Positions 16,212-23,603 of a DNA stretch of 36,075 nt are shown here, piece by piece. The DNA lies in assembly GCA_964654675.1 (NCBI GenBank), contig CAZZKP010000003.1, positions 1-36,075 of the forward strand. The letters run 5' to 3'. The position numbers and the translations under genes were made by a program. How positions within the stretch are numbered: position 1 is the first letter of the stretch; each line of letters starts with the position of its first letter. Source of the DNA: an uncultured Bifidobacterium sp. (GTDB lineage: Bacteria > Bacteroidota > Bacteroidia > NS11-12g > UBA955). A model generated the notes under the pieces. That model made no database searches. It had not been told where the DNA came from and saw nothing but the letters and a program-made list of their open reading frames with translations.

Positions 16212-17969
16212 ATGGGTAAGAATTTCAATACATACTTTGGATTTGTATTGCTGGGATTTTTCCAGTTTCTGAGTGGTCAGAACCTTCATTCTGTGTTGAA
16301 AGTGGACGGAGCGTTGGGTCCTGTAAATGCCAATGAACCTTCGATTGCCTATTTTGAAAACCCATCCCATAGCGGATTGATTGGGGTGAATACTTCGTCG
16401 GTATTTAGAACCAATGATCCATGGATGAACCGATGGACACCCGTGGTGGTGAATCCTCCCCAAGGTTTTTATGGTGATCCGGTGCTTAAAATATCAAATC
16501 AGGGGATTGTTTTTATGGCTCATTTGGCCAAAAATAAAACAGGGGTTTGGCCCAAGTTTTTTGATCGGATCGTTTTTGAACGCAGCGATGACAGTGGTAA
16601 GACTTTTACCTCTACCGATGTAGGATTCCACGAGGGAAAAATGCAGGATAAGCCCTGGTTCTCCTTGGATGAATGGAAGCAAAGCCAAGGTTTTGGAAAC
16701 GTGTATCTGAGTTGGACAGAATTTGATATTTACGGCAGCCATTCCGACCAAGATTCCTCTCGCATTTGGTTTGCTCGTTCTGTTGATGGAGGCCGCAGTT
16801 TTGAAAAGCCCATTGCAATTTCTGATGTTTCTGGCGATGCCCAAGATGATGATGCAACCGCCGAAGGCGCGAATATCTCTATCTCACCCGATGGTGTTCT
16901 CCATGCGGTTTGGTCGCGCAACGATACAATTTGGTACGATTGCAGTCGTGACTTTGGTATCACTTGGGGTAAAGATCAATTTGTCGCCCGCCAAATCGGT
17001 GGTTGGAACCACGCTGGAGTGACTTCCACTTTGAGAGTCAATGGAATGCCTGTGATCCAGTCCGATTGCTTTGGAAATATGTATGTGGTTTATTCTGGTG
17101 ATGCTTGTGAACACGGATTGACTACACATTGGGAATGCATGCATCGCGATGTTTTTTTGACAATCAAGCGTCCATCTGATGCGTGTTTTTCGCCCCCAAT
17201 TGTTTTGAATAAGCCAATGAATAGCGAGAGTTTTCATTCCAAAGGCAGTGATGGATTGAGTGGTGACATTGCAATTCCCCCTTTTGAATTTTCGGAACAG
17301 TATTCTCCGGCCATGGTGGTAAGTCCCAATGGAAAAAGATTGTTTGTGGCTTGGGAGGATCGTAGAAGAAGTCAAACGGGAGTTTTTTTTGATATCTACG
17401 GAGTAGAAATCATTGCCAGCAAACACGGTAAATTCAAAATGAGCGATAATCTTCGAATTTCTGAAAATGTGAATATCGCCCCTGGGAATGAGGTGTTTAT
17501 GGGGGATTATATCGCTTTGGATTGGTCGGAGTCATTACACGTAGCATATACAGGGTATAGCATTCTAAATCATCATCCCATTGTCTGCTTGTCAAGGTTG
17601 AAAGCAAAGAGACGGGGCGGATCAAAGTTCTTTTTCCATGGTGAAACGGGGATTTCAACGCCCGCTTTGGAAGTTGCAATAATCAAAGACAAGCAACCGG
17701 TGGCGAGCACATTGGATGCCCGAGGGAACGGAAATAATAAAATAGAAACAAACAAACAAATTGCAATTTGGGCGGCATGGCCTGAAGCCAAGAATTTTAC
17801 CTTGGAATTCAAATTGGGAAAACAAGTGATGTTTGAACATGTCTTTGAAAATGTGAAGGATGGACATGTAGATTTGATGATTCCGGTGAGCAGATTTAGT
17901 CCTGGCGTGTACGAAATTGTCCTCAGAAAGAAGGGTAAAATGATAAAACAGCCATTTTATTTCAATTAA
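16212..17969 (+). CDS. Secreted BNR/Asp-box repeat (sialidase-fold beta-propeller) protein of unknown function
   Basis: Signal-like N-terminus FGFVLLGFFQFLSGQ. Three Asp-boxes about 60 aa apart: SDDSGKTF (125-132), SVDGGRSF (190-197), SRDFGITW (245-252). No FRIP motif seen. The C-terminal ~60 aa (…SPGVYEIVLRKKGKMIKQPFYFN) is only weakly T9SS-CTD-like. The ATG follows directly after the trxB TAA. Confidence 0.65.
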   Translation: MGKNFNTYFGFVLLGFFQFLSGQNLHSVLKVDGALGPVNANEPSIAYFENPSHSGLIGVNTSSVFRTNDPWMNRWTPVVVNPPQGFYGDPVLKISNQGIVFMAHLAKNKTGVWPKFFDRIVFERSDDSGKTFTSTDVGFHEGKMQDKPWFSLDEWKQSQGFGNVYLSWTEFDIYGSHSDQDSSRIWFARSVDGGRSFEKPIAISDVSGDAQDDDATAEGANISISPDGVLHAVWSRNDTIWYDCSRDFGITWGKDQFVARQIGGWNHAGVTSTLRVNGMPVIQSDCFGNMYVVYSGDACEHGLTTHWECMHRDVFLTIKRPSDACFSPPIVLNKPMNSESFHSKGSDGLSGDIAIPPFEFSEQYSPAMVVSPNGKRLFVAWEDRRRSQTGVFFDIYGVEIIASKHGKFKMSDNLRISENVNIAPGNEVFMGDYIALDWSESLHVAYTGYSILNHHPIVCLSRLKAKRRGGSKFFFHGETGISTPALEVAIIKDKQPVASTLDARGNGNNKIETNKQIAIWAAWPEAKNFTLEFKLGKQVMFEHVFENVKDGHVDLMIPVSRFSPGVYEIVLRKKGKMIKQPFYFN

Positions 17970-18025
17970 TTGCAGAAAGTGAAAGGAAATATGCACAGTC
18001 CTTTGCCTAAATACACTTGATATCA

Positions 18026-18033
18026 TATTTTTG
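18026..18033 (+). promoter_or_regulatory. Bacteroidota-type -7 promoter box upstream of the ppiD-like gene
   Basis: TATTTTTG, 18 nt before the ATG at 18052. A TTTG at 18002-18005 lies 20 nt upstream and could be the -33 element. Confidence 0.5.
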
Positions 18034-18051
18034 CCTTCCTTTTAAATAGCT

Positions 18052-20217
18052 ATGGCAGTAATACAGAAGTTAAGAAATTCAGGAATGGTTGTGATTGTGG
18101 TTGTGGCCGCCCTGATTTTATTTGTGATCGGTGATCTTTTAAACAGTCGTTATGGCTCAAAGAACAATTCCGGAGATGAAGGAGTGATTGCCGAAATTGG
18201 CGGTAAGAAATTCAAAGAGAAAGAAGATTTGGAGCCTTTGGTCGACAAAATCTATCGTCAGAAATTGGCGAGCGACCCAAAGATGGCCAAGAAGATGCAA
18301 ACGGATGAGAAGTTTCGTTTGAAAACAGTAAAGGAAATTTACAAGAGCGCTTGGGACGATTTGATCAAGAACAACGTTTTGATGAGTGAAATTGAAAAAT
18401 CAGGAATCACTTTGTCGGATGCAGATATCAATGAAATGTTGGTAGGAAAACATCCAAGTGAAACGATGAAGCAAATCCCAGATTTTCAAACGGATGGTAA
18501 TTTTGATGCCAAAAAAGTGGAAATGATCTTCAAGCAAGGCAAGGCGAATTCTGAATTGAAATCAAACTTGTTGGCTTTGGTAGAGAGTGTTACGAATTAC
18601 GAGAAAATCGAGCGATATGCGACATACATTTCTTATGCAAATGTGAAAACCAAAGCAGAGAAGGAATTTGAATACGTGGTTGCAAACCAAGGTGTAACAG
18701 GAAGTTTGATAAATTTGGTTCACAACACGGTAGCAGACAAAGACGTTAAGCCAACCGATGAGGATTTGCAGGATTATTTAAATCGACATAAGGAGAAATA
18801 CAAGTTTACGCAAGAGGCGAGGAACATCAAATATGTTGTTTGGGATGTAATTCCAACTTCAGTTGATACGATGGAGGCCTACAGCCAAGCGATGCGCACT
18901 GCTGAGGGTATGCGCAAGCAGTCTGAACCTGATACCTTCGGAGCATTGGGTTTCTACAATATTACCGAACTGCCAGAGGACGCACCAGAGCCTTTGAAGA
19001 GTATGGTTTGGCCAGCGCCAATCAACGCAGTTGTGGGTCCTATGTACAGCGAAGGAAACTTCTACATTTGGCAAAAAATCGCTGAAGCGAAAGATACTGT
19101 ACCTACCGTAAGAGCATCACACATCTTGATTCCTACATCGGGTTCATTGCCTGATGGTACCGTAATGGTTGATTCAGTGATGGCTGAGGCGAAGGCGAAA
19201 GAAGTGTACGCTCAAATCTTGGGTGGGGCGGACATCGCGGTATTGGCGCCAAAACTATCAACTGACCAAGGTTCAGCGGCGAAAGGCGGTGACTTGGGTT
19301 GGGCTGCTGCATCCAATTATGTCCCTGAATTTGCGGCTTTTTGTAAGACGGCAACCAAAGGACAAGTGGGCATTGTTAAAACACAGTTCGGATTCCATAT
19401 TATCAAAATGATGGAAGAACCTCAGAGTAAGAAGATCAAATACACCCAATCTGTAACAGAATTGGCACCGAGTCCTAGTACAGTAAGTGTGGTTGATGCA
19501 AAGAGCAGGGCTTTCAGAAATAAAGTGACCGCCGATGAAGGTTCATTTGATAAAGCAGTTGAAAAGATGGCGTTGGTTCCACGTGTAATGAAAGATGTGA
19601 AAACCGACAATTTAGCGATCCCTGGAATTGACGCATCTGCGGATGTAAAAACGCTCATGTTCTGGTTGTTCGATGAAAAACGTGAAAAAGGGGAAGTGTC
19701 TGATGTGTTCAGTTTTGCGAATCGTCATGTAGTGGTGTTATTGGAAAACTTGAAGCACATTGGCTATGCACAACTTGAGGATGTTAGATCGGAGATTGAG
19801 CCATTGGTTCGTGAAGAGTTGAAAGGAAAGAAGATTGCAGAGAAACTGCAGAGTTTTGTTGATAAAGCGAAGACCCCTGCAGAATTGGCTCGTTTAGCCG
19901 GTGCCAGTCTAATCCCTGTGGAAGGATTGAAAATGAGTCAGAATTTCATTCCTCAAATTGCAGCAGAAATGAAAATTTTGGGTGCATTGTTTGGGGTTGA
20001 GTTGAAAAAATTCTCTACACCGGTTATTGGTAAATCAAATACCGCAATCATCTGGGTGGATAAAAGAGACGATATCAAAGTGCCAAAATCGGCTGGAGAG
20101 GCACCCGATGCGTTTGAGATGTACAACCGTCCCAATTATGTAATGAATACATTGCAAGAGGTTCTTACCAAAAAAGCGAATATTCAAGACTATCGTTACA
20201 AGTACGAGTGGTTCTAA
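18052..20217 (+). CDS. PpiD/SurA-like periplasmic peptidyl-prolyl isomerase (parvulin type), N-terminally membrane anchored
   Basis: N-terminal anchor MAVIQKLRNSGMVVIVVVAALILFVIGDLL. Parvulin domain VRASHILI...GGDLGWAA...FGFHIIKM. 721 aa. Confidence 0.8.
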   Translation: MAVIQKLRNSGMVVIVVVAALILFVIGDLLNSRYGSKNNSGDEGVIAEIGGKKFKEKEDLEPLVDKIYRQKLASDPKMAKKMQTDEKFRLKTVKEIYKSAWDDLIKNNVLMSEIEKSGITLSDADINEMLVGKHPSETMKQIPDFQTDGNFDAKKVEMIFKQGKANSELKSNLLALVESVTNYEKIERYATYISYANVKTKAEKEFEYVVANQGVTGSLINLVHNTVADKDVKPTDEDLQDYLNRHKEKYKFTQEARNIKYVVWDVIPTSVDTMEAYSQAMRTAEGMRKQSEPDTFGALGFYNITELPEDAPEPLKSMVWPAPINAVVGPMYSEGNFYIWQKIAEAKDTVPTVRASHILIPTSGSLPDGTVMVDSVMAEAKAKEVYAQILGGADIAVLAPKLSTDQGSAAKGGDLGWAAASNYVPEFAAFCKTATKGQVGIVKTQFGFHIIKMMEEPQSKKIKYTQSVTELAPSPSTVSVVDAKSRAFRNKVTADEGSFDKAVEKMALVPRVMKDVKTDNLAIPGIDASADVKTLMFWLFDEKREKGEVSDVFSFANRHVVVLLENLKHIGYAQLEDVRSEIEPLVREELKGKKIAEKLQSFVDKAKTPAELARLAGASLIPVEGLKMSQNFIPQIAAEMKILGALFGVELKKFSTPVIGKSNTAIIWVDKRDDIKVPKSAGEAPDAFEMYNRPNYVMNTLQEVLTKKANIQDYRYKYEWF

Positions 20218-20239
20218 AATAAATTCCACTCCCATACCG

Positions 20240-20277
20240 AAGGGGTCTTTCTGAATAGAGAGGCCCCTTTGTTTTTT
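20240..20277 (+). terminator. Intrinsic terminator after the ppiD-like gene
   Basis: 13-bp stem at 20240-20252 / 20257-20269 (aaggggtctttct / agagaggcccctt, two G:U pairs). GAAT loop. Followed by tgtttttt. Confidence 0.75.
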
Positions 20278-20311
20278 GTAAATGGCCTTGTCATTCATCG
20301 GATTGATTGCG

Positions 20312-20319
20312 TATTTTTG
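20312..20319 (+). promoter_or_regulatory. Bacteroidota-type -7 promoter box upstream of the SIS isomerase gene
   Basis: TATTTTTG, only 5 nt before the ATG at 20325. Confidence 0.4.
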
Positions 20320-20324
20320 TAATT

Positions 20325-21311
20325 ATGTCAGCAATAACCCACGAACAATCCCTCGAACAATTTCACGAACAATTGGCTTATGTTCTTGCAAATTATCATT
20401 CCCATGGCAAGCGTATTTCCAATTATCAAAATGTTGTCATTGGCGGTTTGGGGGGAAGTGGTATTGGTGGACGAATTGCGCGATTGGCATTTTTGCAACA
20501 ATCACCCGTTCCGGTTGAAGTTTTCAGTGAATATGGATTGCCCGCCTACGCCAATGAAAAGACTTTGGTAATTCTTTGTAGCTACAGTGGAAACACAGAA
20601 GAGACATTGTCTATGTTTGCCCAAGCAAAATCCAAAGGATGCGATATGATCTGTGTTGCAGCCTCGGGTAAGTTAAAGGACCTAGCGGCGGAGCATCAAC
20701 TGGCCTATTATTCTGTTGCGTTGGGGTATCAGCCCAGAATGACCTTGGGATTTGGACTGGGGACATTGGTAATGATAATGGGTGAATTGTTGGGCGGTGA
20801 CAGCACGACTTTGATCCAAGAGGTTGAACAAATGTTCCGCAATTCCTCATCGATCATTGAAAAAGCAAAAATTATGTACAACGCCTATAAGCCTACCATC
20901 GCAAATAAATTTGTTGTTGTCTGTGATCTGCCTTATGAAGCCGTAGCCATCCGTTTCTGTCAGCAAATCCAGGAAAATGCCAAGGGAGAGGCCTTTGTTT
21001 CTGTGCTGCCAGAAGCCAACCATAACATGATTGAAAGCTACTATGGTAAACATGATACCAATTTCCTTTTCTTAAACAGTGGAACAAATCCTCGGGTCAA
21101 TGCGAGATTTGATTTTTTGCACGGAGTTTTGAGCGGTTTAGGGAATGTGATTTACCAATACCCCGTTGCCGATGCGAGTATCAAAACACAATTTGAGGTG
21201 ATTCATGCCACCGATTGGGTAAGCATATGGGCGTCAAATGATAAGCAGGTAGACAATATGCAGGTAGGAATTATCATGCAATTGAAAGGCCACTTGGAAG
21301 GTTTGAAATAA
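20325..21311 (+). CDS. SIS-domain sugar isomerase, bifunctional phosphoglucose/phosphomannose isomerase-like
   Basis: NVVIGGLGGSGIGGRI and ILCSYSGNTEETL are SIS-domain signatures. About 328 aa from the ATG at 20325; the track start at 20307 is a TTG. Confidence 0.7.
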   Translation: MSAITHEQSLEQFHEQLAYVLANYHSHGKRISNYQNVVIGGLGGSGIGGRIARLAFLQQSPVPVEVFSEYGLPAYANEKTLVILCSYSGNTEETLSMFAQAKSKGCDMICVAASGKLKDLAAEHQLAYYSVALGYQPRMTLGFGLGTLVMIMGELLGGDSTTLIQEVEQMFRNSSSIIEKAKIMYNAYKPTIANKFVVVCDLPYEAVAIRFCQQIQENAKGEAFVSVLPEANHNMIESYYGKHDTNFLFLNSGTNPRVNARFDFLHGVLSGLGNVIYQYPVADASIKTQFEVIHATDWVSIWASNDKQVDNMQVGIIMQLKGHLEGLK

Positions 21312-21316
21312 TTTCA

Positions 21317-22084
21317 ATGAAAGTCACATTTCTCGGCACCGGAACCTCTCAAGGTGTTCCCCCAATTGGGTGTCGTTGCGAAGTGTGCAGCAGCCAAGAT
21401 TTCAGAGATAAACGCCTCAGAGCTTCTATTCACGTTGAATGGGAAGGGGAGAGCATCGTAGTTGATAGTGGTCCAGATTTTCGCTTTCAGATGATGCGTG
21501 CGGGCATTGAAAGGATAGATGCTTTGCTATTTACCCACGAGCATAGAGACCATACCGCAGGGTTGGATGATATCCGCCCTTACAATTTCAAGCAAGCCGG
21601 TGAGATTCCTGTTTACCTACATCAAAGGGTTTTTTCATCGTTTCAAAATCAATTCGATTATATCTTTCAGCCTGTTCCTTATCCTGGAATACCGCAGATC
21701 AATTGGAATTTGATAGATGGGGCATTCAGAACTCCAGCCAATCACCCAGTAGAAACGGTAAATGTGCTGCATTTTAAATTGCCTGTGATTGGATTTGTGT
21801 TTCATAAATTTGCTTACGTCACCGACGCCAATTATATCTCAGAATCGGAAAAAGAGAAGTTAAAAGGGATGGATATTTTGGTGTTAAATGCCCTGCGAAG
21901 GGAGTCGCATATCAGTCATTTTACATTGGAAGAAGCGACTGCATTGGCTATAGAACTTGGTGCGAAACAAACCTATTTTACGCACATGAGCCATCAAATG
22001 GGTTTACATCAAGATGTTTGCGATGAATTGCCGGCGGGGATTGACTTGGCCTATGATGGGTTGTCAATAGAACTTCCCGATTAG
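21317..22084 (+). CDS. MBL-fold metallo-hydrolase, PhnP-like
   Basis: FLGTGTSQGVPPIGCRCEVCSS (Cys cluster as in the PhnP structural Zn site) and the FTHEHRDHTAGLDD HxHxDH motif. 255 aa. Confidence 0.8.
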   Translation: MKVTFLGTGTSQGVPPIGCRCEVCSSQDFRDKRLRASIHVEWEGESIVVDSGPDFRFQMMRAGIERIDALLFTHEHRDHTAGLDDIRPYNFKQAGEIPVYLHQRVFSSFQNQFDYIFQPVPYPGIPQINWNLIDGAFRTPANHPVETVNVLHFKLPVIGFVFHKFAYVTDANYISESEKEKLKGMDILVLNALRRESHISHFTLEEATALAIELGAKQTYFTHMSHQMGLHQDVCDELPAGIDLAYDGLSIELPD

Positions 22085-22119
22085 TCTCTCATCTATCTGA
22101 TTGTGGGCGAATCTCGATT

Positions 22120-23601
22120 TTACAATCTTTGAAAAAGATCTATATAAAATAGTATGGCTTTGTTGAATTGCGACCTTGTGATGTATTCATTCTTTCCGTG
22201 AATCCCGGATAGGTTGTGATTGCTGAATTCAAAGGGGACAAAACGATACATCCTGTTTGTTACAGCCGTGTAGTTTTTGCAATCAGTGCCGGTGATTACC
22301 AATCCGGGTACCACCACAGTTTCGGGAAATTGCGCATGAATACACTCCTTCAATTGATCGTATCCATCCCCATGGTCGGGTGAAATGGGTGTAGCTTCTT
22401 GTCCTTCCAAGTAAATGGACGTTGTGATGCGGGAATCGTTGAGAACACGATGTATTTCCGCTTTTACAAAATCCATATTGTCACCAGGGAAAAGCCTAAG
22501 ATTTACGATGGCCTCGGCAATCGGTGGTACAACATTTTCTTTTGTCCCAGATTTGATGATTGTGGTAACATGTGTGGTTCGGATTGTAGCTGCGGTTTTT
22601 TCACCCCCAAGGAGCACGGATTTTACCAGCGGAGCCGTTATCCATAAATTACTAAACAACGCCCTGTAACCGAAATCCATGTATGGAGCCGCTTCGGTAA
22701 ATAAGCCACGCACCGGTCCGTCTAAATGGGCAGGAAATTGATAATTTTCCAAACGACTTAAGCCTCGAGCCAAAATAGAGGTCGCATTTTCAGGATTTGG
22801 CCATGCGGAATGTCCGCCATGTTGGCGAACCGACAATTTTATGCTGACGTTTCCTTTTTCACTCAATCCAATGATTGCGCAATCGTTCTTCAATCCCGGC
22901 ACGATGCCTTTCATGACACCAAATCCTTCGTCTGCAATAAAAGCAACGGGAATCTTGTTTTTTATCAAATGCGCGGCAATCGCTGCAGCTCCGTTTTTTC
23001 CTCCCGTTTCCTCGTCGTGACCAAAAGCAAATATCAAAGTGCGTTTTAAGGGCAGGCCATGCGCTATACTATATTCTGCGGCTTCAAGAAGAGCAACGAT
23101 TACGTTTTTATCATCTAGTGCACCTCGACCCCAAAGTGTATCTTTTGCGATGCGGCCATGGAATGGGTTGAATTTCCAGTCCTGACTGTCCAGCGCAGGA
23201 ACCACGTCGATATGGCCTAAAAACATCGCAGCTGCTTTGTTCTCTGTTCCTTTGAGTGTAATTAAAAGACTGTGCTCATGGATGATTTCCCATTTTGCTT
23301 TTTTTGCAATCAATGGATACGTGGTTTTTACCCATTGTTGGAATTGTAATAGGGGCTCATGATTTAAACTGTCATTGTTCGCATCATCGTAACCAATCAC
23401 TCGTATTTCGGTGGCTTTGGCTAGATGCTCTAAGGCAGTTCTTTGTATTTTTTCATAATCCGCACCATGAACAGGAGTCGCTGGTTTTATTGAAGACAGT
23501 GGGGTGGGTGATTTTACAAAGGTGATAATTACCATCGTTGCGAGTAACGACACGACGACGAGACCCGCAATTTTGAATGTTCGCAGTAACATTTTTTTCA
23601 T
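22120..23601 (-). CDS. M20 family metallopeptidase (PM20D1/carboxypeptidase S-like) with an N-terminal membrane anchor
   Basis: Anchor FKIAGLVVVSLLATMVIITFV. Metal and catalytic motifs GHIDVVP, GRGALDDK, FGHDEETGG. 493 aa. The start lies 2 nt after the stop of the upstream PorZ-like gene. Confidence 0.85.
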   Translation of the reverse strand: MKKMLLRTFKIAGLVVVSLLATMVIITFVKSPTPLSSIKPATPVHGADYEKIQRTALEHLAKATEIRVIGYDDANNDSLNHEPLLQFQQWVKTTYPLIAKKAKWEIIHEHSLLITLKGTENKAAAMFLGHIDVVPALDSQDWKFNPFHGRIAKDTLWGRGALDDKNVIVALLEAAEYSIAHGLPLKRTLIFAFGHDEETGGKNGAAAIAAHLIKNKIPVAFIADEGFGVMKGIVPGLKNDCAIIGLSEKGNVSIKLSVRQHGGHSAWPNPENATSILARGLSRLENYQFPAHLDGPVRGLFTEAAPYMDFGYRALFSNLWITAPLVKSVLLGGEKTAATIRTTHVTTIIKSGTKENVVPPIAEAIVNLRLFPGDNMDFVKAEIHRVLNDSRITTSIYLEGQEATPISPDHGDGYDQLKECIHAQFPETVVVPGLVITGTDCKNYTAVTNRMYRFVPFEFSNHNLSGIHGKNEYITRSQFNKAILFYIDLFQRL

Positions 23602-23603
23602 CG

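Noticed and set aside
22121-22145. Short AT-rich hairpin atcttt-gaa-aaagat as a terminator for the MBL hydrolase gene
   Set aside because: It has only 6 weak base pairs and lies inside the 3' end of the convergent M20 coding sequence. This is not enough evidence to call a terminator.
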